A DNA stretch of 64,000 nucleotides from Coriobacteriaceae bacterium (GTDB lineage Bacteria > Bacillota > Clostridia > Oscillospirales > CAG-272). The notes beneath the pieces were generated by a model that saw only the letters and a program-made list of their open reading frames with translations, did no database searches and had not been told where the DNA came from. Position 1 is the first letter of the stretch. Each line of letters opens with the position of its first letter. The DNA is taken from the NCBI GenBank assembly GCA_963617165.1, contig CAVEOF010000001.1, forward strand, positions 3,006-67,005. The letters run 5' to 3'. The position numbers and the translations under genes are program-made. Positions 20,077 through 30,165 of the stretch are shown here, one piece after another.

Positions 20077-22613
20077 AGAAGATCCTTGTCATTGACGGAA
20101 GCAGTATCATTCACCGCGCATACTACGGGGTGCGTCCGCTCAGCACGAAGAGCGGAAAGCCGACGAACGCCGTTTACGGCATGGTCAACATGATCGCGCG
20201 TCAGCTCGACACCGTGAAGCCCGATTACGCCGCCGTCGCCTTTGACCTAAAGACGCCGACCTTCCGTCACAAGCTCTACGACGCATACAAGGCGGGACGA
20301 CGCCCGACGCCCGACGATCTCGTCGCGCAGTTTGACGATGCAAAAGAGGTCCTCCGCGCGATGGGGCTGACGATCCTCACGCTCGAGGGGTACGAAGCCG
20401 ACGACATACAGGGAACCGTCGCGCACATGGCGCACGCGCATCCCGACACCGAGAGCTTTGTCTTCTCGGGCGACCGCGACCTGCTCCAATTGATCGACGA
20501 TAAGATCATCGTTCTGCTCGCGACGAATACCGACACCCTCCCGATGCACGAAGCCGAATTCCGCGCGAAGTACGGCATCCCCTCCTCCGCCTTTGTCGAC
20601 ATGAAGGCACTCATGGGGGACTCCTCCGACAACATTCCCGGGGTGGCGGGCATCGGTGAGAAGACCGCCGCAAGCCTGATCGCCTCCTTCGGCACGCTCG
20701 AGGGGATCTACGAGCACATCGACGACCCGAGCATCAAAAAGGGTGTCAGAGAAAAACTCCTTGCCGACCGCGACATGGCATTTCTCTCCCGCGCGCTCTC
20801 GCGCATCGACACGGCGGTCCCCCTGCCCGTCACGCTTGAAGAGCTTGCCTATCACGGCATCGACAGAGGGGCGCTGTATCGGAAATTCATAGAGCTTGAG
20901 CTGAATTCTTTCATCGTAAAGTTTGGTTTGCATAAGGAAGATTCCGAAGAAAATTCGGAAGAAAATGTAGAAGAATCGGAAACAATTGTTGATATTTGCG
21001 AGATTCCGACAGATTTATCGGGCAAAAAGCGGATTGCTATTTTAGAGGACGACAAGAATATATTTCTTTCGGACGGTGAAAAAAGCTACCGTTTTACGGG
21101 AGAGCTTGCTTCGCTCGCTCCGCTGCTTTCGGGGAGGCGGGATATACTCACCTTTGAGGGAAAGCGGCTTTGGCACAGGCTCACGGATGCGGGCGTTGCC
21201 ATCGGGCATGACGTGCGTTTTCTCGACCTTTCCTTGTACGCGTACGTACTCAACCCCGGGAGCGGGAGCACGACGCTCTCTTCCCTCTTTTCGATGTTTC
21301 TCGGCGTTACGCCGCGCGGCGCGGCTCCCGCGCATCTCTTTGCTTTGGAGCGTGTCATGCGGGAAAAGGTGATCGCGGACGGGGAGCTTGCCGTCCTCGA
21401 CGACCTTGAGATCCCCCTGCTTCCCATCCTCGCAAGGACGGAGAAGGCGGGCTTCCGCATCGATACGGAGGGGATGCACGCGTTCGGCGAGGCACTCGGA
21501 GAGCTTGCCAACGAGCTGACCGACCGCATCTATATGCAGGCGGGCGAGGTCTTCAATATCAATTCACCGAAGCAGCTCGGTGAAGTCCTCTTCGAAAAGC
21601 TCGGCTTGTCCTGCGGGAAGAAAAAGACGAAAAGCGGGTACTCGACCGACGCGGAGACGCTCGAAGAGCTTCGCGGTTACGCGCCGATCGTCGAGGACAT
21701 TCTGGAATACCGACAGGTGACGAAGCTGCGCAGCACCTATGCCGTAGCGCTCGTGGAGGCGGCGGATGCCGAGCATCGGATCCACACCGACTTCAAGCAA
21801 ACGCTGACGGCGACGGGACGACTCTCCAGCGCCGATCCGAACCTACAGAACATTCCGATCCGCACCAAAATGGGACGCGAAATGCGCCGCTATTTCATCG
21901 CCAAAGAGGGCTATTCCTTGGTAGATGCGGACTACTCGCAGATCGAGCTCCGCCTGCTCGCCCACATTTCGGGGGACGAGAAAATGCAGGACGCCTTCCG
22001 TAACGGTGAGGACATTCACCGCAAGACGGCGGCGGCGGTCTTCGGCGTCCCCGAGGAAGCTGTGACCGACGAGCTCCGCAAGCGGGCAAAGGCGGTCAAT
22101 TTCGGCATCGTGTACGGCATCGGCGGCTTCTCCCTTGCGAAGGACATCGGCACGACGGTGAAGCAGGCGACCGCCTATATTCAGAATTACAAGCACAACT
22201 ATCTGGACATTGACGCCTATCTCGACCGCGCCGTCAAGGAGGCGGAGGAGCACGGATATTCCGTGACGCTCTTCGGAAGACGGCGCTATATTCCCGAGCT
22301 CTCGGCGCAGAATGCCAATCTTCGCGCGTTCGGCAAGCGGGTGGCAATGAACGCCCCTATTCAGGGCACCGCCGCGGACATTATCAAGGCGGCAATGATC
22401 CGCGTTTCGAACCGACTCGACAAGGAAGGACTCGACGCACGGCTCGTCATGCAGGTGCACGACGAATTGATCCTCGAGGTGCGTGACGATCAGGTGAAGC
22501 GCGCGGCAAAGCTCCTGAAAGAAGAAATGGAGCACGCGGTCACGCTTTCCGTCCCGCTGACGGTCGATGTCTCGGCGGGGAAAAACTGGCTTGAACAAAA
22601 GGAATTGGATTGA
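20073..22613 (+). CDS. polA: DNA polymerase I
   Basis: 846 aa with an N-terminal 5'-nuclease (LVIDGSSIIHRAYYG), C-terminal family A motifs (DYSQIELRLLAH, RRAKAVNFGIVYG, QVHDELI) and an acidic linker EDSEENSEENVEESE. Confidence 0.95.
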   Translation: MKKILVIDGSSIIHRAYYGVRPLSTKSGKPTNAVYGMVNMIARQLDTVKPDYAAVAFDLKTPTFRHKLYDAYKAGRRPTPDDLVAQFDDAKEVLRAMGLTILTLEGYEADDIQGTVAHMAHAHPDTESFVFSGDRDLLQLIDDKIIVLLATNTDTLPMHEAEFRAKYGIPSSAFVDMKALMGDSSDNIPGVAGIGEKTAASLIASFGTLEGIYEHIDDPSIKKGVREKLLADRDMAFLSRALSRIDTAVPLPVTLEELAYHGIDRGALYRKFIELELNSFIVKFGLHKEDSEENSEENVEESETIVDICEIPTDLSGKKRIAILEDDKNIFLSDGEKSYRFTGELASLAPLLSGRRDILTFEGKRLWHRLTDAGVAIGHDVRFLDLSLYAYVLNPGSGSTTLSSLFSMFLGVTPRGAAPAHLFALERVMREKVIADGELAVLDDLEIPLLPILARTEKAGFRIDTEGMHAFGEALGELANELTDRIYMQAGEVFNINSPKQLGEVLFEKLGLSCGKKKTKSGYSTDAETLEELRGYAPIVEDILEYRQVTKLRSTYAVALVEAADAEHRIHTDFKQTLTATGRLSSADPNLQNIPIRTKMGREMRRYFIAKEGYSLVDADYSQIELRLLAHISGDEKMQDAFRNGEDIHRKTAAAVFGVPEEAVTDELRKRAKAVNFGIVYGIGGFSLAKDIGTTVKQATAYIQNYKHNYLDIDAYLDRAVKEAEEHGYSVTLFGRRRYIPELSAQNANLRAFGKRVAMNAPIQGTAADIIKAAMIRVSNRLDKEGLDARLVMQVHDELILEVRDDQVKRAAKLLKEEMEHAVTLSVPLTVDVSAGKNWLEQKELD

Positions 22614-22640
22614 CGGGCGGAAGGGCTTTTCTTCCCTTCT

Positions 22641-22767
22641 GTCATTGATTTGCCATTGATCGCTTTTTGACTGGTCATTAACCCGTCATTGATTTGCCAT
22701 TGACTGCTTTTAACTTGTCATTTACCCGTCATTGATTTGCCACGATTTACATTAGATCTGTCATTGA
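22641..22767 (+). repeat. three ~44-bp direct repeat units containing nine phased GTCATTGA/GCCATTGA-type boxes
   Basis: Boxes start at 22641, 22652, 22674, 22685, 22696, 22717, 22728, 22739 (degenerate) and 22760. The offsets are 0, 11, 33, 44, 55, 76, 87, 98 and 119. Confidence 0.8.
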
Positions 22768-22868
22768 CGCTTCGGCAAAAGGCGAGCATTCCGACGGCAC
22801 GCCGCTCTTTCTGCCGAAGTGGAAACGAACGTTTTTCTTTTCACCGAAAAATTAGCGCATCATCGAAT

Positions 22869-22890
22869 AAATCTTTATTTTCTACCAAAA
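22869..22890 (+). repeat. 22-nt AT-rich repeat copy A (AAATCTTTATTTTCTACCAAAA)
   Basis: Exact match to 24796-24817 in the same orientation. It abuts the terminator hairpin at 22888-22926. Confidence 0.8.
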
Positions 22891-22926
22891 ATCCGAAGGA
22901 GATCCTCGAATCTCCTTCGGATTTTT
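22888..22926. terminator. bidirectional intrinsic terminator downstream of the SipL-like gene
   Basis: AAATCCGAAGGAGAT-CCTCGA-ATCTCCTTCGGATTT is a perfect 15-bp stem, with an A-run before it and TTTT after it. Confidence 0.75.
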
Positions 22927-23086
22927 CGATTTGGGTCAACGTTCTACACTTTGCGGATTGCGACTGCGTTTGCTTATCGGCAACGGCTTCCGCCTGACGC
23001 CCCGCTTGTTAGCGGGGATGATTCCTTAGCGGACAGCAATCGCCTTCCGGTGGGCGGTGCTTTGCTTTCGGCAAGGGCGCTCGCTG

Positions 23087-24637
23087 TTACTCGATGAAGA
23101 GCTTCCGCGTACCCGCGAGGCTTTCGCTCTCTCCCGCGCGGCTCATGACCTCTTCGGTCAGGGCGTTATCGATCGCGACCTTGGTAACGGAGGTATGATA
23201 GCGTTTTGCCACGCTCCAGAGGGTATCCTCGGGGGCGGGATAGCAGACGGTGATCTTGGTTTCATGCCCCGCGTCTTCATACGGTGCGCCGACCTGCAAG
23301 GAATCGAGGATGTGGATGCTCTTCTCCTCCCCGACGGTGAGCGTGCAGACGGCGCGGCATTCCGCCTCTACCGTATCGCCGTTCAGCTTTGCCGTAGCGT
23401 CGGTCGGAACGAGGGTACATTCGATCTTCGCGTCGGTCGGAAGATTGGCGGGCAGCTTTACCGTCACGGTGAATGGCGTGGTAAATTTCACGTTGCCGTA
23501 GCTGACGCCGCCGTCCTCCGCCACAATGCAGCCGACCGTGCGGAAGGTACAATCGCCGCCGAGCGTAACGAGGTTCTTCTCGGCGCTCTTCTCGCTCATG
23601 CGGATCTCCGCCGTGGTCAGGAAAATATCGCGAAGGATGTCTTCATCTTCCTTCGGCGTATACTCCCCGTTCAGGGTAAGCGGTTCGGTCGTCGAGGCGA
23701 GGAATTCTTCATAGCGGAAGTCGCGATACCCCGCGTCGCTCTCTGCCTCCTTAAGATAGGCGTCGGTGACGACCGAGATCGGGATATTCTGATCGGTGGC
23801 GGCGGTATATTCCGCGACGCCGCTGACGGTAATGACGCTTCCGCCCTCGGGATCCGCATTCACGGCGGTAGAGACCGAGGTCAGGCGTCCGCCCGCGGTG
23901 GCGGCGGTGCGCGCGGCGGTTCCTTCGATCGGAATCATTTCCTCAAAGGGGATCTCCTTTTTGATGCCGAAGGGCGGTTGATCGCCGCTCCTGACAATGG
24001 CGGTAAAGGCGATCGTGCCCTGCAAAAGAACGCCCCCTTCGACGCCCTCGGCGTGGTTGACGGTAACACTGCCGCCTGCGGCGATGACCTCGACTTCCTC
24101 GGGCGGAATCCCGTCGAGCCGCGCCATTTCGTCGGCGTATTCCCGCTCGCCCCCGCTTCCGAAGGCACGGGAGCGGATCATGATCGGCACTTCTCTCGTC
24201 TCGGGGGTGTGACCGTCCTCAAAGGCGGTACCGTTTACACCGATCGTTTCGCTCTCGCGTAGGCTGACACGGGTGGCAAGCGCGCATTTCGCCGTAATTT
24301 TGCGCGGGCCCGAGAGACGGAGAGAAAGGTTCTGCACGGTAGTGTCCGCCGCCGCGTCGAGATACCCGTCCTCCGAGATCGGGAGCGAAACCTCATAATC
24401 CGAGGTAAAGGACGCGTTGGTGAGCTTTCCTTCACTGTCCGCGTAAAGGACCTCATAGGCAACGATCCCCGCGAATTCTACGTCGGAGCTACCGACAAAT
24501 TTGCCCGAAGGGGTGATCTTTGCCTCCGCGGACAAAATCTTTTTCACGTCCCCTTGATAATCTGGGAGAACGTATTCGCACGAGCTTTCCGTATAGACGG
24601 CATCCGCACCGCACTCTTTCTGAAAGGTGTTTTCCAT
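23087..24637 (-). CDS. DUF3794-repeat protein with a C-terminal LysM domain, SipL/SpoVID-like sporulation (coat morphogenesis) protein
   Basis: 516 aa. The N-terminus ...CEYVLPDYQGDVKKILSAEAKITPSGKF... is DUF3794-like. The C-terminus ITVCYPAPEDTLWSVAKRYHTSVTKVAIDN is LysM-like. GGAGG lies 8 nt upstream of ATG 24637. Confidence 0.6.
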   Translation of the reverse strand: MENTFQKECGADAVYTESSCEYVLPDYQGDVKKILSAEAKITPSGKFVGSSDVEFAGIVAYEVLYADSEGKLTNASFTSDYEVSLPISEDGYLDAAADTTVQNLSLRLSGPRKITAKCALATRVSLRESETIGVNGTAFEDGHTPETREVPIMIRSRAFGSGGEREYADEMARLDGIPPEEVEVIAAGGSVTVNHAEGVEGGVLLQGTIAFTAIVRSGDQPPFGIKKEIPFEEMIPIEGTAARTAATAGGRLTSVSTAVNADPEGGSVITVSGVAEYTAATDQNIPISVVTDAYLKEAESDAGYRDFRYEEFLASTTEPLTLNGEYTPKEDEDILRDIFLTTAEIRMSEKSAEKNLVTLGGDCTFRTVGCIVAEDGGVSYGNVKFTTPFTVTVKLPANLPTDAKIECTLVPTDATAKLNGDTVEAECRAVCTLTVGEEKSIHILDSLQVGAPYEDAGHETKITVCYPAPEDTLWSVAKRYHTSVTKVAIDNALTEEVMSRAGESESLAGTRKLFIE

Positions 24638-24795
24638 AGTATGCCTCCGAAGAATTTCGTTTCGTCACATCCTATGCGCCGCCTCTCCGCTTTATGACAA
24701 GGGTACAAACGGTATCATAAAAAGGTAGATCTTGCCTCGGGTCGCTTGTGCAAGGCTTCCTTTTCTTATCCGAAGCGAAGGACGTATGACGGTAA

Positions 24796-24817
24796 AAATC
24801 TTTATTTTCTACCAAAA
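24796..24817 (+). repeat. 22-nt AT-rich repeat copy B (AAATCTTTATTTTCTACCAAAA)
   Basis: Exact match to 22869-22890. It lies about 160 nt upstream (on the gene's strand) of the SipL-like start codon. Confidence 0.8.
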
Positions 24818-25205
24818 TCAGCGTTTTTTCTCTTCACATGAAAGAAAGCATCCTTTCCGTCCGGGAAGTCACGAACAAAATAAAAAGCGCGGATGGCACG
24901 TCATGATACGCCATGACATCTCGCGATATAACATAGTGCCCGCCTTCCGAAAATCATCACGGAGGTTTGCACGGATTCAAGAACCGCCCCGTAAAGACCG
25001 TCGCGAAAATTTACACAAATATAGAGCCTGTCTTTCAAAACCGTCAAAGAAGATCGTGCGGGTCATCAAGCCAACTTTCGAAAAGGGCGCGAAGGTTTGC
25101 ACACATCATAGAACCGCCTCCCGAAATTATCGCAAAGTGTGTGAGATTGCAAGGGATTGATACACGGCACGCAGTGCAGGGGATCGGAGCGCAGACAGGA
25201 ACGCC

Positions 25206-25373
25206 GAAGCAAAATGCAATGTGCGAGCGTGCGGTGCGCGGCGAGGCGAAATGCTGTGTGCAAGCGTGCGCGGCGAGGCGCCGAAGCGAAATGCTGTGTG
25301 CGAGCGTGCGGAGCTCGAGCGGGAGCGCGAAGCAAAGCAGTGCGCGAATGTGCGGTGCGCGGTGAGGCGTCGG
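25206..25373. repeat. four degenerate GC-rich tandem units (35-46 bp), core AAATGCTGTGTGCGAGCGTGCGG
   Basis: Units begin near 25206, 25248, 25283 and 25329. They lie just beyond the tuf terminator. Confidence 0.6.
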
Positions 25374-25384
25374 GCAAAGAGCCA

Positions 25385-25422
25385 AAAAACAACGACCATC
25401 CCGAGGGATGGTCGTTGTTTTT
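25385..25422. terminator. bidirectional intrinsic terminator ending tuf
   Basis: AAAAAACAACGACCATCCC-GAG-GGATGGTCGTTGTTTTT. Confidence 0.8.
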
Positions 25423-25466
25423 ATGAAAGATAGATCTCTCTATCTTACGCAATCGGAAGAACCGAA

Positions 25467-26672
25467 TTACGCGATGATCTCGGAAACGACGCCCGAACCA
25501 ACGGTTCTGCCGCCTTCACGAATAGCGAAGCGAAGACCCTTCTCGCAAGCGATGGGGCTGATGAGCTCCACAGTCATGTTGACGTTGTCGCCGGGGCGGC
25601 ACATTTCAACACCTTCGGGAAGCGTGATGACACCGGTAACGTCGGTCGTTCTGAAATAGAACTGAGGTCTGTAACCCGAGAAGAAGGGCTTCGAACGACC
25701 GCCTTCCTTTTCGGTAAGAACGTAGACCTGACCTACGAACTTGGTGTGGGGGTGGATCGAACCGGGCTTCGCAAGAACCTGACCTCTTTCGATGCCCTTC
25801 TTGTCAACGCCGCGGAGAAGAAGACCAACGTTATCGCCGGCTTCTGCAAAGTCCATCATCTTGTGGAACATTTCGATACCGGTAACGACCGTCTGGGTCT
25901 TTTCTTCCTTCAGACCGACGATCTCAACGACGTCAGCCATCTTAACGGTACCTCTCTCAACACGACCGGTAGCAACCGTACCACGACCGGAGATCGAGAA
26001 GACATCCTCGACGGGCATAAGGAAGGGCAGGTCTGCCTTTCTGTCGGGCGTCGGGATATAGCTGTCAACAGCATCCATCAGCTCCTTGATGCAAGCATAC
26101 TCGGGAGCGCTCGGATCCTTGCTCGGAGACTCGAGAGCGACACGAGCGGAGCCGCGGATGATCGGAATGTCGTCACCCGGGAAGTCGTACTCGTTCAGGA
26201 GGTCACGGATCTCCATCTCAACGAGGTCAAGAAGCTCGGGGTCGTCAACGATGTCAACCTTGTTCATGAAGACAACGATGGCGGGAACGCCGACCTGACG
26301 GGCAAGAAGAACGTGCTCTCTGGTCTGAGCAAGAGGACCGTCGGTACCTGCAACGACGAGGATCGCGCCGTCCATCTGAGCAGCACCGGTGATCATGTTT
26401 TTAACATAGTCGGCGTGGCCCGGGCAGTCGACGTGCGCATAGTGACGCTTCTCGGTTTCGTACTCAACGTGTCTCGAGTTGATTGTGATACCACGAGCCT
26501 TCTCTTCGGGGCAGTTATCGATCTGGTCGTAAGCGAGGAAGTCGATGTTGCTGTTCGTCAGAGAAAGGAACTTGGTGATAGCGGCGGTCAGAGTGGTCTT
26601 ACCGTGGTCAACGTGACCGATGGTACCGATATTCACATGGGGTTTGGTTCTTTCGAATTTTGCCTTTGCCAT
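25467..26672 (-). CDS. tuf: elongation factor Tu
   Basis: [33 protein letters not shown]..., 401 aa. Confidence 0.95.
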   Translation of the reverse strand: MAKAKFERTKPHVNIGTIGHVDHGKTTLTAAITKFLSLTNSNIDFLAYDQIDNCPEEKARGITINSRHVEYETEKRHYAHVDCPGHADYVKNMITGAAQMDGAILVVAGTDGPLAQTREHVLLARQVGVPAIVVFMNKVDIVDDPELLDLVEMEIRDLLNEYDFPGDDIPIIRGSARVALESPSKDPSAPEYACIKELMDAVDSYIPTPDRKADLPFLMPVEDVFSISGRGTVATGRVERGTVKMADVVEIVGLKEEKTQTVVTGIEMFHKMMDFAEAGDNVGLLLRGVDKKGIERGQVLAKPGSIHPHTKFVGQVYVLTEKEGGRSKPFFSGYRPQFYFRTTDVTGVITLPEGVEMCRPGDNVNMTVELISPIACEKGLRFAIREGGRTVGSGVVSEIIA

Positions 26673-26765
26673 TTTAATATCCTCCTAAGAATATATTTTT
26701 TAATTTTTGATTTGTGGGAGTCTCCGTGCGGGCGTTATGCCCGCGGCGGAAACGCTTGCGCAAAA

Positions 26766-28886
26766 TTACTTCGCGCGGTTTTTGATGATCTCGTCTTGAA
26801 TGGACTTCGGAACATCCTGGAATCCGTGAGGCTCCATGACGTAGACGGCACGTCCCTGCGATCTCGAACGAAGTGCGGTCGCATAACCGAACATCTGTGC
26901 GAGAGGAACATACGCGTAAATTCTCTGGATGCCCTGGCTGATCTGCTCCATCGAGTCGATCTGACCGCGACGGGAGTTGATGTCGCCGATGATATCACCC
27001 ATATAATCGTCGGGCGTCGTGACCGACACCTTCATGATGGGCTCGGTGAGAACGGGGTCTGCCTTCCGCATGGCTTCCTTGAACGCCATCGAACCGGCGA
27101 TCTTGAATGCCATTTCGGAAGAGTCGACTTCGTGGTAAGAACCGTCGTACAGCGTCACCTTCACGTCAACGACGTTGTAGCCCGCGAGAACACCCGCCTG
27201 CATTGCGCCGCGGATACCCGCATCGACCGCAGGAATATATTCCTTCGGGATGGCACCGCCCGTGACGGCATTGACGAACTCATAGCCCGCGCCCGTCTCG
27301 TTCGGCTCGATCGTGATCTTAACGTGACCGTACTGACCTTTACCACCCGACTGACGCGCGTACTTGGTCTCCTGGTCGACCTTCTTGCGAATGGTCTCCT
27401 TGTAGGCAACCTGCGGTGCGCCGATGTTCGCCTCTACCTTGAATTCACGAAGCAGACGGTCTACGATGATCTCGAGGTGAAGCTCACCCATACCCGCGAT
27501 GATCGTCTGTCCCGTTTCCTCATCGGTGTAGGTGCGGAAGGTCGGGTCCTCTTCGGCGAGCTTCGCCAAAGCGATCGACATCTTCTCTTGACCCGCCTTC
27601 GTCTTCGGCTCGATCGCCTGACGGATAACGGGCTCGGGGAATACCATGCTCTCGAGGATGATGGGATGCTTCTCATCGCAGAAGGTATCGCCCGTCGTGG
27701 TGTTCTTCACACCGATGACGGCGGCGATGTCACCCGCGTAGCAGACATCGATATCGGTTCTCTCGTTTGCATGCATCTGAAGGATGCGTCCGAATCTCTC
27801 GTCGCTGTCCTTCGTGGAATTGTAAACATTGGTTCCCTTCTCCACAACGCCCGAGTAGACGCGGAAGAAGCAGAGCTTACCGACGTAGGGGTCGGTCATG
27901 ATCTTGAACGCAAGCGCGGAGAACGGCTCGTTATCGTCCGCATGACGGACATCCTCTTCGCCGGTCTCGGGATTGACGCCCTTGATCGCCTCAATGTCGG
28001 TGGGAGCGGGCATATAGTCGACGATGGCGTCGAGCAGCTTCTGCACGCCCTTGTTCTTATAAGAGGTACCGCAGCAGACGGGAACGATGTCGTTCGCGAT
28101 GGTGGCGCGACGAAGCGCCGCCTTCAGCTCGTCCACGGTGATCTCCTCTTCGTTGAAGAATCTGTCCATCAGGGTCTCGTCCGTCTCGCAGATGGACTCC
28201 ACCATTTTGGCGCGGTATTCTTCCGCCATGGCGCGCATATCCTCGGGGATCTCTTCCTCTCTCATATCCTTACCGAGGTCGTCGTAGTAGACGTCGGCTT
28301 TCATATTCATGAGGTCGATGATGCCGCGGAAGGACGACTCAGCCCCGATGGGAAGCTGGATCGGCACGGCGTTGGCATGAAGTCTCGTCTTCATCATCTC
28401 GACAACACGGAAGAAGTTGGCTCCCATGATGTCCATCTTATTGACGTACGCCATTCTCGGGACGTGATACTCGTTCGCCTGATGCCAGACCGTCTCGGTC
28501 TGGGGCTCAACGCCGCCCTTCGCGCAAAGGACGGTAACAGAACCGTCGAGAACGCGCAGGGATCTCTGAACCTCTACGGTGAAGTCCACGTGACCCGGGG
28601 TGTCGATGATGTTGATACGATATTTGTGATCCTTCGCATGTTCGGCATCATCGTGATACTGGGTAGGGATCCAGTAGCACGTCGTGGCGGCAGAGGTGAT
28701 CGTGATACCACGCTCCTGCTCCTGCGCCATCCAGTCCATGGTGGCGCCGCCGTCATGAACCTCGCCGATGCGATGCGTCTTACCGGTATAAAAAAGGATA
28801 CGTTCGGTCGTCGTCGTTTTACCGGCGTCGATATGCGCCATGATACCGATATTTCTGGTATGTTCAAGCGAATATTCTCTTGGCAT
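26766..28886 (-). CDS. fusA: elongation factor G
   Basis: [24 protein letters not shown]..., 706 aa. Confidence 0.95.
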   Translation of the reverse strand: MPREYSLEHTRNIGIMAHIDAGKTTTTERILFYTGKTHRIGEVHDGGATMDWMAQEQERGITITSAATTCYWIPTQYHDDAEHAKDHKYRINIIDTPGHVDFTVEVQRSLRVLDGSVTVLCAKGGVEPQTETVWHQANEYHVPRMAYVNKMDIMGANFFRVVEMMKTRLHANAVPIQLPIGAESSFRGIIDLMNMKADVYYDDLGKDMREEEIPEDMRAMAEEYRAKMVESICETDETLMDRFFNEEEITVDELKAALRRATIANDIVPVCCGTSYKNKGVQKLLDAIVDYMPAPTDIEAIKGVNPETGEEDVRHADDNEPFSALAFKIMTDPYVGKLCFFRVYSGVVEKGTNVYNSTKDSDERFGRILQMHANERTDIDVCYAGDIAAVIGVKNTTTGDTFCDEKHPIILESMVFPEPVIRQAIEPKTKAGQEKMSIALAKLAEEDPTFRTYTDEETGQTIIAGMGELHLEIIVDRLLREFKVEANIGAPQVAYKETIRKKVDQETKYARQSGGKGQYGHVKITIEPNETGAGYEFVNAVTGGAIPKEYIPAVDAGIRGAMQAGVLAGYNVVDVKVTLYDGSYHEVDSSEMAFKIAGSMAFKEAMRKADPVLTEPIMKVSVTTPDDYMGDIIGDINSRRGQIDSMEQISQGIQRIYAYVPLAQMFGYATALRSRSQGRAVYVMEPHGFQDVPKSIQDEIIKNRAK

Positions 28887-28913
28887 GAACTTGTCTCTCC
28901 TCTTTTATCCGAA

Positions 28914-29414
<501 letters not shown>

Positions 29415-29522
29415 TCATAGGTACTCGGAATTTCTTCCGTTAGTGCTTTCGTTTGCGACGAAGTAGCATAAACAACTATATCCTCACAGCACGCGAGCAC
29501 AATTTAGCGTCCGGCAGGTACC

Positions 29523-29936
29523 TTATTTCTTGGGACGCTTTGCTCCGTACTTGGAGCGGCCCTGCTTACGGTTGGCGACGCCTTGCGTATCCAGTGTACC
29601 GCGGATGATGTGGTAACGGACGCCGGGCAGGTCACGAACACGACCACCGCGGATCAGAACGACCGAGTGCTCCTGGAGGTTATGTCCGATACCGGGAATA
29701 TACGTGGTAGCTTCCATTCCGTTGGTAAGTCTGACTCTGGCGATCTTACGAAGAGCCGAGTTCGGCTTTTTCGGGGTAACGGTGGTAACCTTGGTGCAAA
29801 CGCCTCTCTTCTGCGGTGCGCTAAGGTCGGTCTGTGCATTCTTCAGAGTGTTGAAGCCCTTCTGAAGCACGGGAGTCTTCGACTTGAACGTCTTCTCCGA
29901 ACGACCCTGTTTGACGAGCTGGTTAAAGGTTGGCAT
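29523..29936 (-). CDS. rpsL: 30S ribosomal protein S12
   Basis: [12 protein letters not shown]...[19 protein letters not shown]...[26 protein letters not shown], with ATG at 29934-29936. Confidence 0.9.
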   Translation of the reverse strand: MPTFNQLVKQGRSEKTFKSKTPVLQKGFNTLKNAQTDLSAPQKRGVCTKVTTVTPKKPNSALRKIARVRLTNGMEATTYIPGIGHNLQEHSVVLIRGGRVRDLPGVRYHIIRGTLDTQGVANRKQGRSKYGAKRPKK

Positions 29937-30046
29937 TCCTTTTCCTCCTTCCTCAAAGATATAGTGTTTATCTATACGAGCCGCAAAACGCGGCGGTATA
30001 TTCTCAAATGGGCATAGATATGGCTTTTCCCGCACACCTGCACATT

Positions 30047-30075
30047 ATTTTACCATTTTCCCTTCGGATTGTCAA
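30047..30075 (-). promoter_or_regulatory. candidate sigma-A promoter of the rpsL operon (TTGACA-17-TAAAAT, TGn extended -10)
   Basis: Reverse complement of 30041-30080 reads acctaTTGACAatccgaagggaaaaTGgTAAAATaatgtg. Confidence 0.6.
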
Positions 30076-30110
30076 TAGGTTTTTGAAAAAAGTTTTCCCC
30101 ACTTTCAAAG

Positions 30111-30154
30111 AAAACCGCGGAAAACCCGACACATGCCGACGTTTTCCGCGGTTT
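30111..30154 (-). terminator. intrinsic terminator after the GT2 gene
   Basis: mRNA strand reads AAACCGCGGAAAAC-(15-nt loop)-GTTTTCCGCGGTTTTCTTTG. Confidence 0.7.
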
Positions 30155-30165
30155 CGTTTCCAAAA

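Noticed and set aside
24732-25452. Several 70-140-aa ORFs on both strands in the gap between the SipL-like gene and tuf.
   Set aside because: Their translations are arginine-, alanine- and cysteine-rich repeats that mirror the DNA repeats, they overlap each other in all frames, and none has an SD.
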